Below are positions 17,783-28,254 of a stretch of DNA of 64,000 bases, one piece after another. The stretch comes from a candidate division WOR-3 bacterium UBA2258 (GTDB taxonomy: Bacteria; Hydrothermota; Tepidihabitantia; Tepidihabitantales; Tepidihabitantaceae). Numbering within the stretch: position 1 is the first letter of the stretch; each line of letters begins with the position of its first letter. The notes beneath the pieces were generated by a model. It was not told the DNA's origin, ran no database searches, and saw only the letters and a list, made by a program, of their open reading frames with translations. Where the stretch lies: contig DDXO01000113.1 in the NCBI GenBank assembly GCA_002347155.1, forward strand, positions 1,570-65,569. Reading direction: 5' to 3'. The translations under genes and the position numbers were made by a program.

Positions 17783-19733
17783 TCTCTCCTCCCGTCTTCA
17801 GCATGACGTGCTGACGCTCGAGTTCCTCGGTCGCGGCCAGAAGGCTCCGCAGGTCTTCATACTCGGTTACCGGCACGAGCGGGGCTTTGAGCCGGAACGA
17901 TGCCTCGTTGGTCAGGAGCCGACCCTTGACGACGGTGGCTGACGTTGCTTCGAACTTGTCGTGTACTTGCGCGAGCGAGTCGGGCACCAGCACCGTCTTG
18001 AAACCTCGGGGCAGTGCCATCCGGTGGACCATATGCCAGGCGAGGGTCGAACGGAGGTCGACATCGTACCTGCGCACCGGCATCGTCGACGCCCAGGAGA
18101 TGGAGCTGGACGTGAACATGCCGCTGCCGGCCTTGGGCAGCGAGAAGCGGATGGTGGATTGGCGACTGGCGCCGGGCGATCCGGGTTTGAGAACGGTGGC
18201 GAAGTCGGGCACCGAGAAACGGAGTTTGATTACAAGCGGCTGGTCCAGGTCGCGCGCGTCAGTCATCGTGACGGTGTCCAGTCTCGCGCCCGGCCCGAAC
18301 GCGCGCAGGTAGGTCTCGAAGCGCTGCTTCTGCCTGAGCGGCGGCAGGTACTGGACCAGCGAGCGCAGGCTGAGTTCCTGCTGCCCGGTGGGCGTCAGCA
18401 CGACTGCGCCAGTGAGCGAACCGTCGGCCCGGAGCGTGTCGTCTATCTGCACCTCGAGCCGGTTCGAATCGGCCGGGATGAGCGGCGTGTAGCGCAGGTC
18501 GTCACCGTCCCGGGTGGCAATCAGCACCCCGCGGTTCATCTCCGAAGCCGCGAGATACTGGCGCGAGTTCTCAACCGTGGGGTCAAGGTAGTAGATACTC
18601 GAATCCGGCCGCTTCACCGCGACGGTCGCGTGGTTGAACTGGTCGACGGGCAGCTCGGCGTCGGTCTGTGACCCGGGGTTCGTCAAGGTGATGTAGGCGT
18701 CAATGCCGACGTGGCGCAGCATCCCGACGAGCAGCGCGGCCTTGTCGCGGCACACGCCGTAGCGTTTCTGGAAAGTGAGGCTGATTTGCTCCGGCTGGTA
18801 CCCTGCCTTCCTGCCCGAGTACGAGGTTTCGACGTAGCGGATGCGCTGGTTGACGAAGTTGTAGAGCGCGCGGACCTTGGCGTCGTCGGTCGGGGCGCCC
18901 GCGACGAGCGAGTCGAGCGCGCGCGCGAGGGCCGAGTCGATACCGTACTGGGTGGAACAGAGCTCGTAGTACCAGCGCGACCAGGTCTGCCAGTCAGGCT
19001 GGGTGCAGACGAGTAGCCGCGTCATTGATTCGCGGTACGGCATCATCGGCTCGTAGACCAGCTTGGGCAGGTCGTGCGCCGACCAGGTCGTGCGCCGGCG
19101 CCTGCCTCTGACTGCGAAGCTCGTGTCCACGCTGCCGCCCTTCACCAGCCAGCGGAACTTCATCGTTGCCGGCGCATCGATCGCGTAGGCCACACACAAC
19201 GCCGGGTCACCGCCTCCAAAGTAATGCTCGGCGTCGTACTGGCTCTCCATCACCGGGTTGTACATGATGTCCTCGGTAACCCATTCGACCGACGAACCAA
19301 GCGCAAGGCCGGGGAACTGGATGGACTTCACCCGCACGTTGGGCAGGACGAACTTCGACCCTTCCCAGAGCGGGGTGGGTACATCCACGATGTCCTTCTT
19401 TCCTACGTTCGCGATCCTCCCGTCCGGCGATATCACCCGGGCCATTCTGACCTCGGCCTTCGAATAGGTCAGGCAGTACTCGTCCCAGGTTGTTGCGTAC
19501 TGCTGCTTGCCCTGCTCGGTCAGGATTTTCACCAGTTTGTGCCGGCGGGTCACGTTCCGGCCGTCGGCCCGGAGCGTGACAAGCGTGGAATCGAACACGG
19601 TGACCGCGTTCGCGTCCGGGTACTTGTCAAGGGTGATGGTCTTCAAGAGCGCGACCGGCGGCGCAGCCGCGGCCGCGGCGCCGGTGAGGAGAGCAAGCGC
19701 CAGTGCCAATCCGGTGGTTCTATTCATAGTCAT
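17775..19733 (-). CDS. secreted DUF3857-like / transglutaminase-like superfamily protein, paralogue A (catalytic Cys present)
   Basis: Signal peptide MTMNRTTGLALALALLTGAAAAAAP. Transglutaminase core YGVCRDKAALLVGMLRHVGIDAYITL. Stop overlaps the start of paralogue B (operon). Confidence 0.7.
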   Translation of the reverse strand: MTMNRTTGLALALALLTGAAAAAAPPVALLKTITLDKYPDANAVTVFDSTLVTLRADGRNVTRRHKLVKILTEQGKQQYATTWDEYCLTYSKAEVRMARVISPDGRIANVGKKDIVDVPTPLWEGSKFVLPNVRVKSIQFPGLALGSSVEWVTEDIMYNPVMESQYDAEHYFGGGDPALCVAYAIDAPATMKFRWLVKGGSVDTSFAVRGRRRRTTWSAHDLPKLVYEPMMPYRESMTRLLVCTQPDWQTWSRWYYELCSTQYGIDSALARALDSLVAGAPTDDAKVRALYNFVNQRIRYVETSYSGRKAGYQPEQISLTFQKRYGVCRDKAALLVGMLRHVGIDAYITLTNPGSQTDAELPVDQFNHATVAVKRPDSSIYYLDPTVENSRQYLAASEMNRGVLIATRDGDDLRYTPLIPADSNRLEVQIDDTLRADGSLTGAVVLTPTGQQELSLRSLVQYLPPLRQKQRFETYLRAFGPGARLDTVTMTDARDLDQPLVIKLRFSVPDFATVLKPGSPGASRQSTIRFSLPKAGSGMFTSSSISWASTMPVRRYDVDLRSTLAWHMVHRMALPRGFKTVLVPDSLAQVHDKFEATSATVVKGRLLTNEASFRLKAPLVPVTEYEDLRSLLAATEELERQHVMLKTGGEND

Positions 19734-20068
19734 CTCCGTTCTTGCCAGCGCTGACTATAGACCGGACTGCGGCGAAGTCAAAAGAATACCGCCTCAGCGG
19801 TCGAGATATCGGGGCCATCCTGATCCGGACGTCCTCGGGTTCGGCCGGCCTGCTCAATCCATGCCGCCGAACCGGCTTTCCCGACCTTGTGAACCCTGGG
19901 GCCGGCTTGGGCCCGGTGTTGGGGTTCGGTACACTTACCTATCCGTGCGCCGCCAGTCAACGGTGGTCTGGTAGTGTCGCAGTCACCCGTTACCGCTAAA
20001 TCATTACCGGACAGCAGGATACTCTGGCACGACCCTGACCGGATGTCGCACTAATGTCGCACCCTTGA

Positions 20069-20096
20069 TTGACAGTCGACAGGACTATGCTATGAT
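20069..20096 (+). promoter_or_regulatory. candidate sigma-70 promoter (TTGACA - 16 nt - TATGAT) ending 7 nt before the kinase-fusion start codon (leaderless-like)
   Basis: Consensus -35 at 20069-20074 and near-consensus -10 at 20091-20096. Speculative. Confidence 0.3.
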
Positions 20097-20102
20097 GAAG
20101 AG

Positions 20103-23100
20103 ATGGCGCAGCCTGCGAGGTTCCAGGTATCACAACTGGTCGCCGACCGTTTCCAAGTGCTTGACCGGCTCGGCGGCGGCGAATTCACGGAAACCTACAA
20201 GGTCACCGACACCGTCGCCAATCGGGTTCTTGCGCTGAAGACCCTGCGGACTGGCGCTCCCAAGTCGGCCGAGGCCCGACTCAATCGCGAATTCTACAGC
20301 CTGTCGCGCTTCTCACACCCGGGCATCGTCACGGCGCTTGACTACGGGTCAACGCCTGATGGACAGCCGTACTTCACCATGGAGTTCATCGAAGGGGTGC
20401 CGATCAATGTCTTCTTTGGGAAGGGCTTTCGTCCCGAACTGAAGACGGTCACGGTTCAACTGCTCGAAGCGCTGGCCCGCGTTCACGCGCAGGGCCTGAT
20501 TCACTGCGACCTCAAGCCGCAGAACATACTGGTGGCCGACAAAGACGGTTCCCTGCGGGCGAGGCTGATTGACTTCGGTTTTGCCGGTCAGCCGGCTCTC
20601 TCCGACGCGGACGCGGCGCGCGGGACATTGGGCTATGTCGCCCCGGAGGTACTCAAGGGCGTGGACACCGATGCCCGTGCCGACCTCTACTCGCTGGGCT
20701 TGGTGCTTTACGAGGTGATCGCCGGCCAGGGTCCGGGTAAGGACAGGGACCTTCGGAAGTGGCTCAGGATGCAGTATTTGTCTGAATTCAAGCCCCCCCG
20801 GGAGTTCGACGAGAATATCCCCGAGGACTTCGCGTCATTAGTGATGTCTCTGATACAGCGAGAGCCGGAGCGGCGGCCGCGCTCGGCCGCGGCAGTGATC
20901 GAGCAACTGACTCACCCCAAAGGTGAGCCGGCCGTCGAAATCGGGCCGCCCGAGTATTCCGTGGCACCGGGTTTTGTCGGTCGCGGTGATGAACTGGCCG
21001 GCCTCAAGGAGATGCTCGACAACGCGAGCAAAGGCAGGGCGGGCTCGGCCTGCGTCACGGGCGAGCGGGGAGTCGGCAAGAGCCGGCTGCTATCCGAGTT
21101 CAAGTTCATGGCGCAGCTCGAGGGCGCGACGATTCTCTCGTTCGAGCGCGCCTCGCTTGGAGCGAGACAGCCGTCGTTGGTCGAGATGATCCGCGGATAC
21201 CTCAGCACCTCCTCTGTCGCCGACATGCCGGCCGGCGACGAGAGCCGGGATGCAGCGCCGGGCGACAAGTATCGTCTGTTCGAGGCCGTGCTCCACGGCC
21301 TGAAGGAAATGAGCGCGTCGCCCCGGGTGCGGCACAGCCTCGTGTTGCTGGTTGACGACCTCGAGCTCTACGACTCGGACAGCCTCCAATTCCTTCGCTA
21401 CCTTGTTTTCGGTCTGAGCAACGAACGCCTTATGGTGCTCGTGGCCGGCGTAAGTGAAGCGCGGTTCTTGGACCTGGTTGCCGAGTTCGGCCGGACTGGC
21501 TGCTTCCAGCACTTCCAGTTGCCCCCGCTGGACCAGGCAGAGGTTACAGACCTGCTGGCATCGCTCGTCGACGAGATGCCGGGCACGGATGAGCTGGCCG
21601 AGTGGCTAACGCGCACTACCGGAGGGAATTCGCTCTTCGTGGTTGAGGCAATCCGGGCACTGATCGAAGGCGGAATCCTGTCCCGGCGGGGTAATCGCTG
21701 GACGCTGGTCCCGGGCGCACTGAATACCTACAAGACTCCGGAATCGGTGGCGGACGTACTGCGCCGGCGATTGGAAACCCTGGCCGCAATAGAGCTTGAG
21801 GTGCTCGAGGTCTCTGCAACCATAGCCGGGCCGTTTACGCTCGCGTTCCTGCGCGCGGTGGAGGAACAGCAGGATGAAGCGGCTCTGTCCGGCGCTGTCG
21901 GGAAGCTGAGGTCGCTGGGCCTGCTGCGCAGTCTCGTAATCGACGGCGAGGCGACCTTCGTGTTGTCGAGCAAGATGCTCGAAGCAGCGATCAACGAAGG
22001 GATGAGAGCTTCGGTCCGGCGCGAGAACCACCGCCGCGTCGCGCTGGTCATTGAAGCGCTCCATCCGGAGAAGACCGACCAACTGCTGTTCGACCTCGCG
22101 CACCATTACGCGCAGGCAGGCATTGAAGACCGCGCCTTCAACTACTCGTTGCAGGCCGGAACCCGAGCCCGCGAACGCCGGCTGAGCGAACAGGCACTCG
22201 GTTACTTCGAAACCGCGCTCGCGTTGGCGGCGCAGGCAGCAACGGCCCGAGAGAAGGTGGAACTGCACGAACGCGTCGGCGAATTGCGGGAGGCCACCGG
22301 GCGGTATCCCGAGGCGATTGACGCCTATACGCAGGGGATGGCAATAATCGCTGCCGACGCGGAACTCGCTCAGGACCAAGAGCTTTCATCCCGGTTCCGG
22401 CGCAGGGTGGGACTGGTGCAACAGAAGCAGGGTCACCACTATGAGGCCTTGGACAACTTCAACCAGGCGCTCCTGCTGCAGCCGGATAGAGGTGCGCCCG
22501 CATATATCGACACACTGAACGATATGGGTTGGTCGTACTACGCGCTCCGCGGTTACGGCCGGGCCGATCAACTGGTCTCCGCTGCCTTGCGACTGTCTGA
22601 GAATCTCAAGAACCGAACGCCGGCAGTCTACAGCCGATTGTCGGCCCGCTCGTTCTACCAGTTGAGCGTCCTCGCGTGGTCGCGGAGCGATCTGGTGCTG
22701 GCTCAGCAACTGGTTGAGCGCAGTCTCGAAATCTATGCGGGGATCGATGCGGAGCGCACCGCCGGCGAGGTCAGCCAGTTCCTTGCGACACTCTGGTGGA
22801 GTCGCGGCAACATTGCCAAAGCGAGGGACCAGTACCAACGGTGTCTGCCGGCGCAGCGGCGTTCGGGCGAGGTATACTCGCTGCTCCGTTCCCTGCAGGG
22901 TCTGGGAATCATATACCAGGCTGAATGCGAATGGGACAAGGCGTACAACTGCTTTGCCGAGGCGCTGAACCTGGCGGAGCGAATCGGCGACAACACGGCC
23001 ATCGCTGACCTCAACTCGAATCTCGGTACGATGAGCGAAGAACGTGGCGACTGGGACCAGGCTCTGGCGGCCTACCGCCGGGCGATTGAGCTGCGGCAGC

Positions 23101-25328
23101 AGGCACAGGCTGACCCCTACGGCCGAAACGTCGTCATGGCGAATCTGACCCAACTGCTCACCCGGCAGGGAGAAACGGCAGAGGCCGAGCGCTTGCTGGA
23201 GGAGATTCAGGCATTCGCGGGCCGGAACCCGACCTCGGATCTGGAATTCATGCTCGGCGTATGCCGTGTCCAGATCCTGCTTCGCACCGGGCGCCTCGAA
23301 GCCGCCCGGAACGCGGTTGCCCGGACGCTCCGGCTGGTCAGGCGCGAACGCGACCCGCGCAAACTCGCCCGGCTGCTCACCTTGGCCAGTGAACTGCGGC
23401 TGACGCAAGGGGAATTCGGCCGGGCTGCCGAGGACGCGCGCCGGGCACTGGTCTACCTCAGGGAGCAGGCGTCTTCCAGTGAGTATGCGGTCGCGCTGCG
23501 GTTTTCGGGGCTGGCCAAGTGCATGCTCGACCGCACCGACCGCGGGTTTCAGGAGATCCGCCGGAGTATCGAGCTGCTGAGGGAAACCGGCGTCCGGCAC
23601 GAATTGGCTCTCTCGCTCATGGCCTCGGCCCAGGCGCTCACCGGGTACGGCCGCCAGGAGATGACCCTCGACCTCAAGCTACCGCTTTCCTTCCGACCGG
23701 TTGCCGAACAGGACGTGGACGAGGCGCTGGCCAACCTCAAGGAGGCCCATGCGATCCTCCGCTCGATCGGGGCTCGCCCTGACGCGCAGCGGGCCGATGA
23801 GTTGATGGAGACGGTCAACCACGTATCCGCGACGTTGCGGCTGAAGGCGCGCGGCCGGGAGGAATACCTGGAGGTCTTCTACGAGATCAGCAAGCTCATC
23901 GGGCTGGGTCTGGAGAAGGAAGACTTTCTTGAGCACATCCTAGATTTGGTGATCGACGTCATCAAGGCCGAACGCGGGCTCCTTTTCCTCATGCAGCGCG
24001 GCAAGCTCGTGCCGGCGGCGGGACGGAACATCGACCATACTACGCTGGCAGATGCCACCGCGGTTTCCCGCTCGGTCTTGCGCAAAGTCAAAAGGGGCGA
24101 GACGGTCTTCAGCGCTGATGCACTGACGGATCCCCGTTTCAACAGCGCAAACAGCGTCATGCTCAATAAGATCCGTTCGCTGCTTTGCGTACCGCTCACG
24201 GTCGAGAAGCGCGTGGTGGGCACGATCTACGTCGACAGCCGGGTCACCGCGCATCTCTTTCTTGATGAGGACATGAATCTCCTCGTGTCCGTGGCAAACC
24301 TGTTGGCCGCCACTATCGACAAGTCGGCGGCGTTCAGGAAGCTGCAGGAGGAGATGTCCGTGCTGCGCGAGGATATGCTGGTGGACGCGGCCACCGGGTA
24401 CTTCATGGGCCGCTCCAAGGCGATGAAGGATGTGTACCGGGTGATTGACCGGATCGCCCCGTCCAACTGCACTGTGCTGCTGACCGGCGAAACCGGTACC
24501 GGCAAAGGTGTTCTGGCCCGGCTGATTCACGCGAAGAGCGAACGCCGCAGCCACGAATTCATGTCCATCAACTGCGGCGCTCTGCCCGAGAACCTGTTCG
24601 AGTCCGAACTGTTCGGCCACGCCCGGGGCGCCTTCACCGGCGCGGTCCGGGACAAAGACGGGCTGTTTGAGGCCGCTGTGGGAGGGACGGTCTTCCTGGA
24701 CGAGGTCAGCAACACGACGCTCGGCGTACAGGCTAAGTTGCTCCAGGTCCTCGACGAGAAGGTCGTGCGCCGGGTCGGCGAAACCCAACCGCGGAAGGTG
24801 GACGTACGGCTCGTCTGCGCGACAAACCGGGACCTTCGCCAGGACGTAAAAGCCGGGCGGTTCCGCGAGGACCTCTTCTACCGCGTGAACGGCGTGACTG
24901 TTAACGTCCCGGCATTGCGTGAGCGCTCCGGCGACATCGGGCTGCTCGCCGACTACTTCGTGAAGCGGTACGCTGGACAGATGAAAAAACCGGTAGACCG
25001 GTGCGAGGAAAGGGCGCTTGAGGTGCTTGCTAGCTACGCCTGGCCGGGCAATGTCCGCGAACTGCAGAATGTCATTGAACGCGCTGTCATCATGACCCAG
25101 AGTAACCGGATTGCCATTGATGACCTGGGAGCTCAGTTTGCCGGAATCGAAAGAATGACAGAAGTGCCTCGCGGCAAGCGCGAGCGATTCGAGCGCAGAG
25201 AAGTGGTCAACGCGCTGCGCGTCACCGGCGGGAACGTAAGCAAGGCAGCAGAGTTGCTGTCAGTTCACCGTCGGCAGTTCCAGCGACTGATGCAGCGCTT
25301 CGGAATAGACCGAACGAATCCCACCTAG
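20103..25328 (+). CDS. 1741-aa multidomain regulator: Ser/Thr protein kinase + STAND/AAA ATPase + TPR repeats + GAF + sigma-54 interaction (AAA+) domain + Fis-type HTH
   Basis: Kinase HCDLKPQNILV, DFGFA, GTLGYVAPE. Second P-loop GERGVGKSRLL. TPR-like repeats. GAF region. Sigma-54 activator motifs GETGTGKGVLARLIH, ESELFGHARGAFTGA, GTVFLDEV, CATNRDL. C-terminal HTH GNVSKAAELLSVHRRQFQRLM. Confidence 0.85.
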   Translation: MAQPARFQVSQLVADRFQVLDRLGGGEFTETYKVTDTVANRVLALKTLRTGAPKSAEARLNREFYSLSRFSHPGIVTALDYGSTPDGQPYFTMEFIEGVPINVFFGKGFRPELKTVTVQLLEALARVHAQGLIHCDLKPQNILVADKDGSLRARLIDFGFAGQPALSDADAARGTLGYVAPEVLKGVDTDARADLYSLGLVLYEVIAGQGPGKDRDLRKWLRMQYLSEFKPPREFDENIPEDFASLVMSLIQREPERRPRSAAAVIEQLTHPKGEPAVEIGPPEYSVAPGFVGRGDELAGLKEMLDNASKGRAGSACVTGERGVGKSRLLSEFKFMAQLEGATILSFERASLGARQPSLVEMIRGYLSTSSVADMPAGDESRDAAPGDKYRLFEAVLHGLKEMSASPRVRHSLVLLVDDLELYDSDSLQFLRYLVFGLSNERLMVLVAGVSEARFLDLVAEFGRTGCFQHFQLPPLDQAEVTDLLASLVDEMPGTDELAEWLTRTTGGNSLFVVEAIRALIEGGILSRRGNRWTLVPGALNTYKTPESVADVLRRRLETLAAIELEVLEVSATIAGPFTLAFLRAVEEQQDEAALSGAVGKLRSLGLLRSLVIDGEATFVLSSKMLEAAINEGMRASVRRENHRRVALVIEALHPEKTDQLLFDLAHHYAQAGIEDRAFNYSLQAGTRARERRLSEQALGYFETALALAAQAATAREKVELHERVGELREATGRYPEAIDAYTQGMAIIAADAELAQDQELSSRFRRRVGLVQQKQGHHYEALDNFNQALLLQPDRGAPAYIDTLNDMGWSYYALRGYGRADQLVSAALRLSENLKNRTPAVYSRLSARSFYQLSVLAWSRSDLVLAQQLVERSLEIYAGIDAERTAGEVSQFLATLWWSRGNIAKARDQYQRCLPAQRRSGEVYSLLRSLQGLGIIYQAECEWDKAYNCFAEALNLAERIGDNTAIADLNSNLGTMSEERGDWDQALAAYRRAIELRQQAQADPYGRNVVMANLTQLLTRQGETAEAERLLEEIQAFAGRNPTSDLEFMLGVCRVQILLRTGRLEAARNAVARTLRLVRRERDPRKLARLLTLASELRLTQGEFGRAAEDARRALVYLREQASSSEYAVALRFSGLAKCMLDRTDRGFQEIRRSIELLRETGVRHELALSLMASAQALTGYGRQEMTLDLKLPLSFRPVAEQDVDEALANLKEAHAILRSIGARPDAQRADELMETVNHVSATLRLKARGREEYLEVFYEISKLIGLGLEKEDFLEHILDLVIDVIKAERGLLFLMQRGKLVPAAGRNIDHTTLADATAVSRSVLRKVKRGETVFSADALTDPRFNSANSVMLNKIRSLLCVPLTVEKRVVGTIYVDSRVTAHLFLDEDMNLLVSVANLLAATIDKSAAFRKLQEEMSVLREDMLVDAATGYFMGRSKAMKDVYRVIDRIAPSNCTVLLTGETGTGKGVLARLIHAKSERRSHEFMSINCGALPENLFESELFGHARGAFTGAVRDKDGLFEAAVGGTVFLDEVSNTTLGVQAKLLQVLDEKVVRRVGETQPRKVDVRLVCATNRDLRQDVKAGRFREDLFYRVNGVTVNVPALRERSGDIGLLADYFVKRYAGQMKKPVDRCEERALEVLASYAWPGNVRELQNVIERAVIMTQSNRIAIDDLGAQFAGIERMTEVPRGKRERFERREVVNALRVTGGNVSKAAELLSVHRRQFQRLMQRFGIDRTNPT

Positions 25329-25793
25329 AGCGGCGTCCGGTCTTCGACGCGCTAGTCTAAGTCTTTTTTTAGCAATGAGTTAGAGCGTAGCCGGAGCGCA
25401 GTGCGACCACAGGCGCGGCCTGCCTAGGTAGCCGGAATTGTCTTCTATATATCGCAGGTACGATTCTTAGCTGCGTTCTGTGCTGCAGGTATGGGAATTG
25501 CTTAAACTTAATTGAGGAATTCGCGGCAATTTCGAGACTGGCGTGACCGAGATGAAAATCCAGGCTACGCCCGTGCTTCGGCGCGAGATCTTACGCCCCA
25601 GTGAAGATGGGTGCGTGTGCCGCGGACATGGTGCAGGTAGGTTCGTAACTGAATGGAGGCTTGAGTGGAAGCCATCGCTCCGTTTCCGATTCCGCCCATG
25701 CCGGGTCCCTGGACCCCGCCGCCCTTCTAGATCGCAGGGCGTAGCCTAATCTACTCCGGCCAGCACCCAAAGCTGTCATTGGGGTGCGGCGAT

Positions 25794-26981
25794 TCAGCCC
25801 GCCAAGGTGGGCTTATTGGTGTTGCGTACGCCGAGCGCGCCAGTCTTATGGCCACGGCGGCTGCGGGACGGAGGCTGGACGTCGGTTCGCGCACCGTCAC
25901 TGGACAGTGAACGCTCGCAGGCATCGAGTACCTCCAAAACACGCAGCTCCTCTTCTCCATCGGTAACCGGGGGCTGGCGCGTCTCCAAGCTCTCAAGAAA
26001 CGCGATACACTCGGCCTTCATCGGTTCGGTTGAGTCGATACGGATCGGTTTGCCGGCGGATTCGGCTGAACTCACAGACGAATCCTTCCAGTCGCCACGT
26101 GGGTAGGTCACCAATCGGTCGGGCGCGGCTTCGTCGAACACCGCCATCTCGTCGGACCCGACCACCACCAGCCGCTGCTCCTGGAAAGGACGCAGTCGAC
26201 TCACGAAAATCTGGGCGCGGACCCCTCCGGCAAACACGAACTGGCTGATGGTAACATCTGATACTCCGCGGCTTAGGTAATCTCCTCCCTGGCATGACGC
26301 AGCCAGCGGCTGCTCGCCGAGCAGGCCCAGAATCACCGAAACCTCGTGCGGGGCGAAGCTCCACAGGATGTTCTCCTCGGCTCGTTGCCGGGCAACGCTC
26401 AGGCGGTTTGAGCAAATGTACTCGACCCTGCCTAGGTCCCCCGCGTCAATCATATCCTTCAGCCTGCAGATAGCGGGGTGGTAGCGCAGGACATTGCCCA
26501 CCATCAGAACTCGACCCGAGCCCGCGGCGGTCCTCACCAGTTCCTGTCCGTCGCGGAGCGTCAGTGCCAGGGGTTTCTCGACGAAAACATCTTTGCCTGC
26601 TCGCAGCGCGGCTCGGACCAGCTCGAAGTGTGACACTGCGGGCGTGGCGATCACGACGGCGCTGACGTCCGGATCCGCCAAGCAGTCTTCTGTGCGACCG
26701 TAGTGCTTGACTGCACCGTTTGGCATGGCGGTCAGCCGTGCAGGGTCGGTGTCGCAGACCGCGCGGAGGGTGCCCAGATCGCCGAAGGTCTGGACGAGAC
26801 CTTTGCCCCACCAGCCAGCACCGATGACCGCAATCCGGCGCTCCACTGCGGCGAGCGGCAGAGACCCAAGATGGAGGCTGTCGACGGACGGGGAAGTCCT
26901 CAGGACAGAGGCGGCGTGCCTGGAATTGACCGGAGACGGTACCCGGCTGCTGGGCTCCAATTCAGTTGCGAGTCGTACCAT
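25794..26981 (-). CDS. Gfo/Idh/MocA family NAD(P)-dependent oxidoreductase
   Basis: Rossmann motif IAVIGAGWWGKG near the N-terminus of the trimmed ORF. The start was moved to the ATG at 26981 (MVRLATE...); the longer track ORF has an implausible N-terminal extension. Confidence 0.75.
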   Translation of the reverse strand: MVRLATELEPSSRVPSPVNSRHAASVLRTSPSVDSLHLGSLPLAAVERRIAVIGAGWWGKGLVQTFGDLGTLRAVCDTDPARLTAMPNGAVKHYGRTEDCLADPDVSAVVIATPAVSHFELVRAALRAGKDVFVEKPLALTLRDGQELVRTAAGSGRVLMVGNVLRYHPAICRLKDMIDAGDLGRVEYICSNRLSVARQRAEENILWSFAPHEVSVILGLLGEQPLAASCQGGDYLSRGVSDVTISQFVFAGGVRAQIFVSRLRPFQEQRLVVVGSDEMAVFDEAAPDRLVTYPRGDWKDSSVSSAESAGKPIRIDSTEPMKAECIAFLESLETRQPPVTDGEEELRVLEVLDACERSLSSDGARTDVQPPSRSRRGHKTGALGVRNTNKPTLAG

Positions 26982-28254
26982 GTGGCTAATCCAGACTAGA
27001 AAGCGTCGGCGCAGCAACAATCCGAGACGGGGTTTGGGCCAAAGCCTGGACGGAGGTGTGATGGGCCATCCCTGGCTGGCAGTTACTATCAAACGGGGAC
27101 CGACAGACTGACTGCTGCGCCGACCATAATGAGCGACCCCCAACTGGAGGCGTACTGCAAAGACGTTCGGTATCATGGAGGCTGGACACCTGAACACCGC
27201 AGTCTACGTGCTTAGCGAGGCGAGACCCAGGGGCCGATTTCATTGTCCTTCCCAAAGCACAACGTGTGCCGAACAGCGTCGAGGAAGCCATTTTCGACGC
27301 AGGTCACGTATTTCCAACGACTAACGGAGAATCGCGTCGGCAGCGTCTGGTGCGACAACGAGGCGTGATGGCGATGGTAGAACGTATAACTAACGTATAT
27401 ATGGAACTTAAATGCCGTGACACTAGCATGTGCTCAAGTCTCACCTGCGCACCTGCCAACAGCGCGTTACAGACGTTTCCTCGATTTCCGCCATGGAAGT
27501 GGCCTAATGATCGCCGCTTGCGCATGGCTCCGCACATAGAAACGGCGTCCGGCTGCTGGAAGCGCGCGGGTTTTGGGCACCAGGGGCTTCCTGCGTGTGG
27601 ATTCAACGCCAGCACTGCTGAGGCGGGGTGTCGTCGCACCATAGGCCTTGTACGTCTCCTAGTCATATCATGCGTAGATACGTTGTTTATATGGTGCGAC
27701 ATTTGATTCGAGTCGCAATGGCTGGTTTGGACAGCGTCTATGCTTACTGCGCTGGTGACTTGGCTGGAGCGCTGCTGTGCCTAGAGTGGCAGCACAAGCC
27801 TACTTCCGGTTGCCTCCCGGCGCTGCCGGCACAGTAGCAGCTTGAAGCAGGTGCGCGGCGTTGGCCGGTCTCTCGCTCAGCCGGCGGGGCGGGGGCGTGA
27901 GGCGCAAGTACGGTCGAATGCCCTGCCGACGGCCGTTGTGTTCGGCGGCAGTTGAAGTTGGACGAAGTCCGGCTGTGGCGGTAGGGCTGCGTCGCCCTCG
28001 CGGGTTGTGAGCCGAATGCTGGCTGTACGTGAGTCCGGGGCCGGCGTTCAGGTTGTCCAGGAAACAGGTCCTCGGACCAGCGGTGCAGTCGCCGCCGGAC
28101 CCCGGATTCGTACGGTGACACTTCCTTGGTTGTATGCATTCACTTGACCTCGGGCCTCTTTCCGGATATAACATCCGCATGCAAGGCCGATTGGCGCACA
28201 AGCGACTCGGGAACAAGCCGTCGCCGCCCGGGCGTGCGGCGACTTCGAGGTACA

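Noticed and set aside
21606-24788. Minus-strand ORFs 21606..22379, 22386..23600, 23940..24788 inside the kinase/sigma-54 fusion gene
   Set aside because: Antisense to a 5.2-kb ORF with continuous recognisable domains; spurious high-GC frames.
25330-25800. AT-richer convergent intergenic region, examined for tmRNA / RNase P / SRP RNA hallmarks
   Set aside because: None of the conserved motifs I know were present, and there was no tRNA-like T-arm. Only a weak stem plus T7 run at ~25333-25370, which may terminate the kinase-fusion gene. That is too weak to list as a feature.
27266-27706. 146-aa plus-strand and 132-aa minus-strand ORFs in the 1.27-kb intergenic region
   Set aside because: Mutually overlapping on opposite strands; Cys/Arg-rich random-looking translations; no start context. 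The region is treated as non-coding.
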